Shown: positions 1 through 8,666 of the stretch, piece after piece | How positions within the stretch are numbered: position 1 is the first letter of the stretch | Layout of the letters: each line of letters opens with the position of its first letter | Source of the DNA: a virus | Direction: 5' to 3' (one strand) | IMG/VR virus record: IMGVR_UViG_3300035459_000118 | Coordinates: 1 to 64,000 of that record | DNA: 64,000 bases | Position numbers and translations under genes: made by a program | Notes under the pieces: model-generated | The model's database searches: none | The model's input: the letters and a program-made list of their open reading frames with translations, nothing else | What the model was told of the DNA's origin: nothing

Positions 1-399
1 GACCTCAAGCCGACCCAGGTTTTCAGCAGGAGACCCTGCCTGGCTCCGGTAATAAACCGCTCCATCCTTCGCAGGAGTCCCTTCAAGGACCTGAACAGTC
101 AGGTAGCCTCTGACCAGGACGTCTGCGATCTTGGTGGGATCGGGAGTGGCTTCTCCGAGACCCTCGCTGGCGGTCATCTGGCTCGGGAACGGCCGAATGA
201 GGAATCCATAGGGCTGAACTTCATCTCCAGCCGCCATGGGACGGATCTTTCCGGAGACCATCTTTACCGGGATGCCGAAGGCCTCGCAAGGGTAGTCCTC
301 GTCGAATTGCTGCGGTTCGATAACTGCATGCTCCCGGCGAGTAACGTCGCCTGCGATTCCCGCAGGCATTCTGTAGATGAACGCATTGGACACTGTCAT
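1..399 (-). CDS. Head decoration/cement protein (partial, runs off window start)
   Basis: Not in ORF track. Manual translation gives MTVSNAFIYRMPAGIAGDVTR...FGIPVK...GFLIRPFP...DVLVRGYLTV. GGAGGT RBS 8 nt upstream; directly downstream of the DUF2213 protease, as in this head-module type. Confidence 0.7.
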   Translation of the reverse strand, partial: MTVSNAFIYRMPAGIAGDVTRREHAVIEPQQFDEDYPCEAFGIPVKMVSGKIRPMAAGDEVQPYGFLIRPFPSQMTASEGLGEATPDPTKIADVLVRGYLTVQVLEGTPAKDGAVYYRSQAGSPAENLGRLEV

Positions 400-453
400 A
401 ATCATTTACCTCCGTTTATTTTTATTGTTACGACTTCCTCTCAGGAGCCTTTT

Positions 454-2001
454 TTACTTCCTGGTATGGAACTCTTTGTTAACCTGATTGATCTTTGCCG
501 CCGTTGTTGAAGCCTGCCCATCAGACGTTAATGCCTTCTGGGAAGCTGTTCTCTGAATCTTGCCGTTCCGAAGGCTCCCGACCAGTACCGAGGCAGCCAG
601 GATCGCCGTATTAAGAGAATCGGTCGTCATGACCTTGGGGTCTTTCCAGGCGAATATCTTCTCGATTTCCTTACCGTACTCATCATTTGCCGTAGACTGG
701 ATGAGCACCGCAGCCTTGAGGGAATCCATCGTCTTCTTGTGATCCTTGGTAGGCTTCTCCAGCTTCACGCCGGGAACGAGGATGTCGGCATGGGAGATGA
801 AATCGGGCCATGCATCTTCGGTCTCCTTCTTCTCCTCTTTTTCTTTCTCCTCTTCCTTTTTGGTTTCGGCCTCCTCGGCATCCTTGGTTTTCTTCTCGGC
901 CTCTTCCTTCTCTTTGGCCTCGGCTTCCTCGCGGAGCTTCTTCTCCTCCTCGGTCTCGTCAGCGTCTTCGGTTTCCATCTCCTCGAAGATTTCGCCAAGG
1001 ATCTCCTTGATCATCGCCTTAAGCTCGGCCCTGTTCTCTTCGGCATCCTTGGTGGCCTTTTCTTTGGCTTCGGCCTCTTCTTTCTCGCGCTTGGCCTTCT
1101 CCTCCGGAGTCTCCTCAGCATCATTGGCTTTGGCCTCTTCGGCAAGTCGCTTTGCCTTTTCCTCTTCCGTCTCATCAGCATCCCTTACGCCAAGGCTATC
1201 GAGAAACCGAAGAACCTTTACCGCCATACTGACTTTCTTCTCGGCCATATCTTCTTCCTCCTGTTGACTGTCCGTCGTTTTTTTATTCTTTCCACAAGTG
1301 CATTTCCCGCAGCCTGTGCATGGTGCTTGATCTTGAATTTTGCAACGATCTCCCGCACGACCCTTGGCAACAAGGGCAACGTGATTGCCAATAATGCCCA
1401 TCTGTTTCCCAAGTCCCGGTTGAATCTGGGCGTATTCGGCATCATATCCGCACGAAAGCTCTCTCTGACCAGACTTGATAAGATTGATCGCCTCCTCAGT
1501 TGTGACCAGAATATCGGCAAGCATCAAATCTCTCTGCTCTCCGATTCCTCGATGAACATTCTGAATCGTCCCATGGGCCAAATTGCTCCAATTTTCGGGA
1601 CCGACAAATCCTTTGGGATGATTCAATGTCAAGGGCTTACCCTCAAAGGACTTCAGTGCAATCTCATTGAATACATCAGTCTCATCACGCTGAATCCGAA
1701 TCATCCCATCTGGGGTTGCTTCTACTATCGGTTTCCCGTCATTTCCAATAAGATCGTTCGCCCTGTAAAGAAATTCCCCGATACGCGTAATGGGGACATC
1801 CGTACAAAGAAGATACTTTTCAGGTGTCTCAGCAATATGCTCAGAAAGCTGCTCGGTTACATAAAACCTTATTGCCTCATCAACCCCAGTAATTTTGCCG
1901 GCATTCTTGGAGGCATAGAAGACCTCTTTTGCCTTCTCTTCAGAACCGTATTCTTTGATCATGTTTTCCATGATCAATTTTCCTTTTTCGGTAAGGGGCA
2001 T
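454..2001 (-). CDS. Prohead protease/scaffold (DUF2213-like) with acidic repeat C-terminal region
   Basis: Motifs SFEGKPLTLNHP, ELSCGYDA, NHVALVAKGRAG; DA(D/E)ET(E/P)EEK repeats. Likely start is MPLTEK at 2001. Confidence 0.85.
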   Translation of the reverse strand: MPLTEKGKLIMENMIKEYGSEEKAKEVFYASKNAGKITGVDEAIRFYVTEQLSEHIAETPEKYLLCTDVPITRIGEFLYRANDLIGNDGKPIVEATPDGMIRIQRDETDVFNEIALKSFEGKPLTLNHPKGFVGPENWSNLAHGTIQNVHRGIGEQRDLMLADILVTTEEAINLIKSGQRELSCGYDAEYAQIQPGLGKQMGIIGNHVALVAKGRAGDRCKIQDQAPCTGCGKCTCGKNKKTTDSQQEEEDMAEKKVSMAVKVLRFLDSLGVRDADETEEEKAKRLAEEAKANDAEETPEEKAKREKEEAEAKEKATKDAEENRAELKAMIKEILGEIFEEMETEDADETEEEKKLREEAEAKEKEEAEKKTKDAEEAETKKEEEKEKEEKKETEDAWPDFISHADILVPGVKLEKPTKDHKKTMDSLKAAVLIQSTANDEYGKEIEKIFAWKDPKVMTTDSLNTAILAASVLVGSLRNGKIQRTASQKALTSDGQASTTAAKINQVNKEFHTRK

Positions 2002-2005
2002 TAAC

Positions 2006-3202
2006 TTATCCTTGATTTTTCTTTTTCTCTCTATTCTTATCAAAACGGGCCAATCGTTTTCTGAGGGCTTCTTGTAATTGCTCAGGAGTTTTACTCTTTC
2101 GATAATTTAACCCCTTTGACGGGGTTAAGTGCCCCTTCTTCCCCGACCCTTCGCCGCCGTCGATAGTTGCTTTTTCGTGTTTGTCATTTCTTTTGTCACA
2201 TTCAACTTGAGCCATAATACCAGAAGGAAATGGCCCTGTTTCATCTCCGCCTTCAGGATCTTCGACATAATATTTCTCATTGGCATACTTTTCAACATGG
2301 TAATAACGACCGCCATCCTTCGTGGGCTTTTCTGCACCAGATTCCATCTTCTGGAGTCTGGTATAATAATCAGGAATCTCCGCAAGGTGATCCAGGGCTA
2401 TCCGTCTGGCGATAATGGGATTGTCAGTGTGCTCCCTCTCAACCTTATCTCCCATAGCAAGTTCTTTCTGGTCGATCTTGGTTATGTCTCCCTGGGTTGC
2501 GAATTTGCCATTGGAAAAGAAAGACTGCAACAGGGCATAAGAGACATCCTCCAGCTCGGAAGGCTCAATGCCCAAAGCCTTGGCTATCGAATGGATGTCC
2601 CGATGGTCCTCAATCTTCTTATCAGAGGAGAACAGCGCGATAAGCTGCTTTACCTTATCGTCAATGACAAGGCCGGAGAAGGGGGCGATCTTCTGGGCTT
2701 CCTCGGAAGATAAAGAGGAATCTTTGGACGACTTTGTTAATTTTGCTTTAGCTGCTTTTTCCCTTCGTTCTCTTTGCTTCGCCTCAAATTTTCTTCTAAA
2801 AGCAAGAAAACCGGCAGTAGAATGTCCCTTCTGCCCAGAGCCAGGACCGCCATCCTTTGTCCCCGAACAATCCTTCGCTTCCTTCTCAGTCACTTCCAGA
2901 AGAGGGTCAAGCGCACCGCCGAACAGTTCAGAGAGGGCGGAATCTTTAGCCTTGCTCTTTTCTACTGCCTTTTGAACTTCATCCATTTCCTTAGCAGTTA
3001 AATCAAAAGATTGCGATACTTTACTCATCGCATCATCAAATCCAGAACCATTTTTCATCATTGTAATGATCCTGTTTGCTGCATTAACAATATCGACACT
3101 CGCATCCTTCCCGATAATCCTTCCGTCTTTCACTTCTTTGATATCGCAAGTAAGCATCGTTTTCTCCTTGCCGGAAATCGGCTCAGCAAAAAGTTCTTCC
3201 AT
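2006..3202 (-). CDS. Multi-module head-associated protein with DUF5661-like domain
   Basis: ELAMGDKVEREHT...IALDHLAEIPDYYTRL motif; two DGGxGSGxKGH motifs; lies between MuF and the protease. Confidence 0.6.
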   Translation of the reverse strand: MEELFAEPISGKEKTMLTCDIKEVKDGRIIGKDASVDIVNAANRIITMMKNGSGFDDAMSKVSQSFDLTAKEMDEVQKAVEKSKAKDSALSELFGGALDPLLEVTEKEAKDCSGTKDGGPGSGQKGHSTAGFLAFRRKFEAKQRERREKAAKAKLTKSSKDSSLSSEEAQKIAPFSGLVIDDKVKQLIALFSSDKKIEDHRDIHSIAKALGIEPSELEDVSYALLQSFFSNGKFATQGDITKIDQKELAMGDKVEREHTDNPIIARRIALDHLAEIPDYYTRLQKMESGAEKPTKDGGRYYHVEKYANEKYYVEDPEGGDETGPFPSGIMAQVECDKRNDKHEKATIDGGEGSGKKGHLTPSKGLNYRKSKTPEQLQEALRKRLARFDKNREKKKNQG

Positions 3203-3243
3203 TTATATAAATGGAAAATAGGGGTCTCTAAAAATTTTATTTT
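3201..3243 (-). promoter_or_regulatory. Class A phage promoter-like motif (AAATAAAATTTTTAG-N17-TTATATAAA)
   Basis: One of five intergenic copies with conserved spacing. Confidence 0.7.
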
Positions 3244-3282
3244 CGCATATTCATTTAAAGCCGGTTATAATTAAAAGATGCA

Positions 3283-4095
3283 CTATCCTTCTGGAAGCTG
3301 GACATCAGGCCAGCAACGGCAACGCCATATTGCTCCAGCATGGTGAGCAATCATATTTGGCTTCTTATCTGAACCCTCATTAATCAATGGAGGATTATCC
3401 CAACGACAGAAAACCCCATTCATTTTCCTGTGGGACCTACGCACAACCAAATCCCCCACCGTCCTCCAGACATACCCCTCAGACCCTACATAAGTCGCCC
3501 TCGCCTGAGTCAAAGCGACCCCAGCCTTACTCACCTCGGTAGAAGCAATATTCTCCGCCCTGGACTTCGCCACCGATTCGCTGGCCATTATCATCTTGGC
3601 TATGTCATCAGCCCTGTTACTCTGCGACATATTCAAAAGAATCAGCTTATGCACTCTCTCGGCAGCCTGGGTGGGGATTGACTTTATCAGAGTGACATTT
3701 TGTTGCATTATTTCCTTGAGAACATCTCCTGTTGGCGCGTTCTGGATCTCATCCCTCAAGGCAGAAGCCATTTGCGCCGTGTGCTGTCTCCAGGCAAACT
3801 TGTCCTGATTGTCAACCGAACGGAAGACGTTATTGCAGACATGAAGAGCCCAAGGACCCAAAATATCAGAATATGCTCTCAATGCCCTTGTCAGGGAATC
3901 TTCAAGGTCAGGGTTCAGAGGGTCGTCAGCCATATAGCCCTTTACTAGCTTGCCTACCTCGCGAGCAACTCCCCGCAGAATTCGCTCATAGGTATTGGAA
4001 ATCCCCCTGCTCTTATTGGCAAATGGAGAATCCTGGCCTTTCCTCTTTATGGGAGGAGGTAGTGGCTTTTTTGTTGAGGCGTCGAAGGTGTACAT
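3283..4095 (-). CDS. MuF-like minor head morphogenesis protein
   Basis: WRTVGDLVVRRSH...HAGAIWRCRC signature; adjacent to portal. Confidence 0.9.
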   Translation of the reverse strand: MYTFDASTKKPLPPPIKRKGQDSPFANKSRGISNTYERILRGVAREVGKLVKGYMADDPLNPDLEDSLTRALRAYSDILGPWALHVCNNVFRSVDNQDKFAWRQHTAQMASALRDEIQNAPTGDVLKEIMQQNVTLIKSIPTQAAERVHKLILLNMSQSNRADDIAKMIMASESVAKSRAENIASTEVSKAGVALTQARATYVGSEGYVWRTVGDLVVRRSHRKMNGVFCRWDNPPLINEGSDKKPNMIAHHAGAIWRCRCWPDVQLPEG

Positions 4096-4221
4096 TTATC
4101 CCTTGATCTCTGTTTCTTTTTTTGCTGGATCAAAACCCAGAATCTCTATTACATCTTTGGGAGTCTCAACCATTTCCTCGTCGTCAGGATCTTCGATGTC
4201 TTCTTTCTGTTCTTCGCTCAT
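4096..4221 (-). CDS. Small acidic protein (41 aa)
   Basis: Manual translation MSEEQKEDIEDPDDEEMVETPKDVIEILGFDPAKKETEIKG; ATGA overlap with the portal stop and abuts the MuF start. Confidence 0.65.
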   Translation of the reverse strand: MSEEQKEDIEDPDDEEMVETPKDVIEILGFDPAKKETEIKG

Positions 4222-6665
4222 GCTCGTATTCCCTCTCTCCAAGATGAAAACACCCTTGGATCTATGTAGGCTTGAAGCGCCACAACGGGAGTATTTCCTA
4301 ATCTCTGACTGACCCCCTTGGCGATCAGCATTACCTTTTTCTTATATTCTTGAAAAGTGCTCGGAGGTTTCTCGTTCTTGAGTAATTCAATAGCTGTCGA
4401 AGTCCCAACGTGAGTACGGAAATCCTTCGTCTTGAACTCTTTGCCATCAAGAGAATGCGAATATTCAGAAAGCTTATCGGCACTGGTATTGAAAATTCTC
4501 CCTTCATTCCCAACCTTCTTCTTACGTTTCAAAAGCATTTTCGCAATCGCAGGATCGCTGACAGGGATATTTAAATCAACCCCCTTTTTGCCAACATACC
4601 GCAGAAAAATATCTCCATCTTCTTCTACAATATGGCGACCCTCCAATGTTGTAGCCCCATACGCCTTCTTCTTAGCATGATTATCTTTATCACTTCCGGG
4701 ACGGATACCAGTTTTCATTATCAGGGCAAGGCAAGCAGCCCTCTCGTCTTTATTTACCTTGCTGGCATTTTCTTTCCAGACAACATCAAACTGCTTACGA
4801 AGCGAAGTAATTCTTTGATATTTCTTTTTCGCATTTTCATCCAAATCTTCATATATCAATTCTGTCTGTGACTTTTTCTTTTCTCCTGCCTCGCTGGCGC
4901 CTTTCTTTACAAACTCGCCACCATGCTCACCAGAATTGGCACGAGGATGTTCTTCTTCTTTAAAATCAGCATCCAGATATTTTCTCGCCAACTTTCTCAG
5001 GGCATCCTTAAAACGAATTTTCTTTTTGACAGAATCCTGTGTTTTCGGAATATCCCCTTTCTCTTTTCCTTTTTCATTTAAAAGATCTGGATTCTGACCA
5101 CCCAAAGGCTCATTGCCATCAGGATTCTCGGGAACCTCACCTCCTCCACCTCCAGCTCCCGGACCTCCACCCATTCCATTCAACATTGCTTCCAGGTCCC
5201 CAGGAGGAGGCTCATCCTCGGCATCTTTAATCTCCTCGGCAGTGATATTGGTGAACCTACCAGTGATTTCGCTCTGCTGCCTCAATTCCTTGAGAGCTGT
5301 CGCCTTAGTAGTCACCCCTGAACCAAAAGTCGTCGACTGGGTCTGAGCATCCTGTGTAGCAATCTGAGACTTCTCCATCTCCGAAAGCTGCCACAAAGGT
5401 TTGAACGAAAACTGAAAATCTTCGGGAAGGTTCTTACCCGACCTTGACTTCTCCATTACGGCAATGAGCTTACCGAGCTGAGGACGAACCTGATTCTCTT
5501 GGTCCTTCTTGATACGATCGTAATAATTCCTCAAGTCAGATTCGCCAGTAGAATTCAATCCTGCCGGCGACTGACCGAACAACCGTACCAACGGGATCCC
5601 CGTAGCACCGGAAACCTGCATCCCGAATTGCTGAATAAGGTCAGGAATACCGGAAAACGTATACTGATGAGTATCAAACTCGTCCTCTCCGTCAAGGACC
5701 GTTATTCCCTCCAACCCCTGGAGCATGTTGATATAGTTCACATGCTTGATAATCGCTTGCTCGTCCCTGCCGCTGTTAGCCAAGGCCTGCCTCAACCCCT
5801 TGAACTTGATTACCCGCAGGTAAGCCTTATAGAGCAACTGCGCACCGCCCTGGGTAGCAGAGTCAAAGGCAATAAGCCTATCCAGCATCCGTTCGACGAC
5901 GGAGAGCCCCCAAAGGTTCTCGAAGAGCTTCTGGAAATATGGGAGCTCGATCCCATCAAACCGAATTACCCTCGTATAATGAATCTTCTGTTCCGGGAAA
6001 ACCGTGACCCCTCCGAAGGTTTCGTAGAACTTGGGCTTCCCCATATCCTTGCAAACTTCGGTTACCAACTCGCCCATACTCGGCTGAATCATCCAGCGAT
6101 CCAGAACGACCAGCCCCTTGAACTGATCCTTGCGAATCTTCTCCACGTCAAGTGGCTTTGAATAATCCGCACCGTCTATGAGCATAACGGCAATGGCACC
6201 GCCGTAAAGTCTTGCCCATTTGATCGTCGAACATAAAGATTGCCAAATGTCGAATTCATTGATGGAAACCTGGAGCTTCTCTATATCGTCAGGTTTCATC
6301 TCCGAATGCATGGATATTCCCTCTCTGGTCATATCCTCTCCAACCACATCCACCACCTGCCCAACCAGCCACGAAGAACGATACATGGCTTCCAGCTCTA
6401 TATGATTCCTGGAAATGAACGGCCCAAGATTGTAATAACTATGAGAGATTTGATTCCGTTGATCCTGATTCCCGAGTCGAGCTACCATGTTACCGAAAGA
6501 ATCCTCTGTCTGAAGGCTTTTTGTGGATGACATTGGTTGCTGCACAGGAGTCGGAGGGCCCTGCATGGAAAGGAGTCTCCCTGGCGTCATGGGAATGCTG
6601 TCTGCCTTCGCTTGCTGCTGCGCCTTCTGCTGCTGTGTTATACTCTTGTTGCCGTGCTTAGACAT
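4218..6665 (-). CDS. Portal protein (DUF1073-like) fused to a C-terminal type IB DNA topoisomerase domain
   Basis: Portal motifs WARLYGGA, ATGIPLVRLFGQSPAGLNSTGESDLRNYYD. Then a Gly/Pro linker, an EHPR..G.F motif, and TopIB motifs IRPGS, YGATTL, GKKG, KDFRT, LGNTP, AYIDP. Confidence 0.85.
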   Translation of the reverse strand: MSKHGNKSITQQQKAQQQAKADSIPMTPGRLLSMQGPPTPVQQPMSSTKSLQTEDSFGNMVARLGNQDQRNQISHSYYNLGPFISRNHIELEAMYRSSWLVGQVVDVVGEDMTREGISMHSEMKPDDIEKLQVSINEFDIWQSLCSTIKWARLYGGAIAVMLIDGADYSKPLDVEKIRKDQFKGLVVLDRWMIQPSMGELVTEVCKDMGKPKFYETFGGVTVFPEQKIHYTRVIRFDGIELPYFQKLFENLWGLSVVERMLDRLIAFDSATQGGAQLLYKAYLRVIKFKGLRQALANSGRDEQAIIKHVNYINMLQGLEGITVLDGEDEFDTHQYTFSGIPDLIQQFGMQVSGATGIPLVRLFGQSPAGLNSTGESDLRNYYDRIKKDQENQVRPQLGKLIAVMEKSRSGKNLPEDFQFSFKPLWQLSEMEKSQIATQDAQTQSTTFGSGVTTKATALKELRQQSEITGRFTNITAEEIKDAEDEPPPGDLEAMLNGMGGGPGAGGGGGEVPENPDGNEPLGGQNPDLLNEKGKEKGDIPKTQDSVKKKIRFKDALRKLARKYLDADFKEEEHPRANSGEHGGEFVKKGASEAGEKKKSQTELIYEDLDENAKKKYQRITSLRKQFDVVWKENASKVNKDERAACLALIMKTGIRPGSDKDNHAKKKAYGATTLEGRHIVEEDGDIFLRYVGKKGVDLNIPVSDPAIAKMLLKRKKKVGNEGRIFNTSADKLSEYSHSLDGKEFKTKDFRTHVGTSTAIELLKNEKPPSTFQEYKKKVMLIAKGVSQRLGNTPVVALQAYIDPRVFSSWREGIRA

Positions 6666-6815
6666 TTGTCGGCTCCTTTATTTCTTCAATCTACGATTGC
6701 GTTCTTCAAAATCAACTATATCTCCAGAAGGGATCATTTTAAACTTGCCGTTCCCCAACGGATCAGCACCATAATCTCCCTTTTTGTTTAAATCGATATG
6801 CTCCACCAAGGAGCC

Positions 6816-7922
6816 TTATTTTTGTTGAACAGCTTTAATCTTTTCCCATTCATAGCCAAATATCTTATGATTTGTATCTGCATCACCAACCCTTGTTCCC
6901 TTCTTATGACTCTTGATTGCCTTCTTGAAATCCTCAATGGTCATTTTATCAATCGGGCCAAGATGAGAAGCATCATCATAGTGAGCGAGGAAGGCATTGC
7001 GAGCATGGAGCTCGTCTGAGAAACCGAGAAAACACTTGTCCTCGTCATATTTTCCATCCACTTTTTCACGAACAATAAAAACAAACGGGGCATCATTAAC
7101 AGGGCCAACAAAGCAATCAATAGGATCTCCATCAACACCTTCGGTTCCAAGGATTTCGCCATAGGGGTAGAACATCTTGACTTCAAATTGCTCACCATGA
7201 CTGTCCTCCCCTTTGCGAATGGAACCTTGGGGATTTTCTATATGAATCTTGAGTCCTTGGAAATCAATGTTGGATTCGGAATCGGAGGTTGAAACAACTT
7301 TACTAGGCAATAATAATTCAGATTCATTGATCCCAACGTACCCTGAATTTACCCAAGGAATATCGTTTTTATGAACAGTGAATTTTTTAACAACCCCATG
7401 TTTCCCTGCGAATCCTTTCGCAATATTCTTATCAAAAGAAAAACTGTCGTATTTACCTGGTTTTGAATTGCTGGAAGTATCTCCTCTATACACTGTTAAA
7501 AGATCAGGGACATCACTCCATGTCTTATATCTCTTCGACTCTAAAGAAGTAAGAATTCTGTTCTGCCTCGCAGCTTCAAAAGTATTTGGTAAATCCATTT
7601 CAAAATTCTCAAGCTCTTCGAAAAACTTAGCAAAAATCTTTTGTTTATCTCCTTCTCCACGGAAGATATCTTCAGCAGCATCATCTATCTTATCAGTAAG
7701 CCGTTCTACTTTATCGTAATGAAAATTGACACCAGAAGCAAACCAGTCCTTACCTTTACGATTATATTCGGTAAGCCTCTCTTCTTTTTTAGATAGCCCA
7801 CTTACTTCGGCAAACTTTCCATCCTCTTCTCTGGGATGCTCACTTTCAACAAATGCCTCCGCATCCCTCGTCTGAAGGTATTTGCTTTCTTTCATATCTT
7901 TCACGATGTCGTAGAGAAGCAT
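6816..7922 (-). CDS. Polyvalent protein: HPR motif, ADP-ribosyltransferase-like domain and inorganic pyrophosphatase-like (InPase) domain
   Basis: EHPREEDGKF; YRG...SFS...ESE (R-S-E type ART); IENPQGSIR...YGEI.GTEGVDGDPIDCFVGP...DEDKCFLGF. Confidence 0.7.
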   Translation of the reverse strand: MLLYDIVKDMKESKYLQTRDAEAFVESEHPREEDGKFAEVSGLSKKEERLTEYNRKGKDWFASGVNFHYDKVERLTDKIDDAAEDIFRGEGDKQKIFAKFFEELENFEMDLPNTFEAARQNRILTSLESKRYKTWSDVPDLLTVYRGDTSSNSKPGKYDSFSFDKNIAKGFAGKHGVVKKFTVHKNDIPWVNSGYVGINESELLLPSKVVSTSDSESNIDFQGLKIHIENPQGSIRKGEDSHGEQFEVKMFYPYGEILGTEGVDGDPIDCFVGPVNDAPFVFIVREKVDGKYDEDKCFLGFSDELHARNAFLAHYDDASHLGPIDKMTIEDFKKAIKSHKKGTRVGDADTNHKIFGYEWEKIKAVQQK

Positions 7923-7926
7923 CTTA

Positions 7927-8253
7927 TTACCCCTTTATTTTCTGTTCAAGAATGGCCTTATCTTTTTTAAGAAGCTCAACATCCTCATAAATATCCTTGT
8001 CCTTGGGATACTGCCTTTGCTGAATCTTGGCCTTCATCAAAGTGTCGTTGACTTGATTCAGCCGGTTGATATTGCGATCAAGCTCCATGCTTTTCTTGAA
8101 TTCCTGGATCTTACCATCGACCTTGGTTTCAAGAGACTTCATATCAGCCGGAGTCACAATATAAGTCGGCAAAGCAAGAATCCCGCCGATGATCGCAACT
8201 ATGCCAACAATTGACGCGACACTCTTCCAACATCTTGATAGAAAACTGATCAT
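7927..8253 (-). CDS. Membrane-anchored coiled-coil protein (lysis region)
   Basis: N-terminal TM helix followed by a coiled coil. Confidence 0.45.
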   Translation of the reverse strand: MISFLSRCWKSVASIVGIVAIIGGILALPTYIVTPADMKSLETKVDGKIQEFKKSMELDRNINRLNQVNDTLMKAKIQQRQYPKDKDIYEDVELLKKDKAILEQKIKG

Positions 8254-8654
8254 AATGGTTTCCTTGTTATCCTCACCCCGGAATCTGCCTCTGAATCCAA
8301 GGTCTGATCGGGCGTATTTAACGCAGGCACGTCTTTCTTTTCGGTACTGGCTAAACCTTCAGGGCATTCCTTTTGAATGCCGTCTGACCTTCCCTGGCGA
8401 AGCTTTTGCAACCAGGCAATCAATTTAACCACCCACTGGAATGTAAAGAGCTGCTGAAAATAAGTTATGATCTTATCATCGACCACGCTCTTGCTTTTGA
8501 GAGCTTGAACCTTGGCACATCCCAAGAAGATTGTTATTACTCCGATGGTCTTTACGTTCTCCACTGACCAACGGAGAATGTCCTGCAAGGCATACAGAAC
8601 AAAAGCCATTGCCAGATCAACATATGGATCAGTATTGGGAATGTGCCAGTTCAT
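8250..8654 (-). CDS. Membrane protein, possible holin
   Basis: Two hydrophobic segments; in the lysis cluster. Confidence 0.35.
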   Translation of the reverse strand: MNWHIPNTDPYVDLAMAFVLYALQDILRWSVENVKTIGVITIFLGCAKVQALKSKSVVDDKIITYFQQLFTFQWVVKLIAWLQKLRQGRSDGIQKECPEGLASTEKKDVPALNTPDQTLDSEADSGVRITRKPL

Positions 8655-8666
8655 AAAAAGTCCTTT

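Noticed and set aside
739-2004. Long plus-strand ORF (also the antisense ORFs 22846-23919, 40189-40944, 5499-6161)
   Set aside because: Antisense shadows of real genes, with no RBS or recognisable motifs.
3201-3212. TTTATATA as an archaeal TATA box implying an archaeal host
   Set aside because: An M15 endolysin, DnaE, NAD ligase, a sigma70-type promoter and SD sequences indicate a bacterial host.
6816-6818. Genome-wide stop codon reassignment
   Set aside because: TAA, TAG and TGA all end intact genes elsewhere, and long conserved genes are uninterrupted in the standard code.
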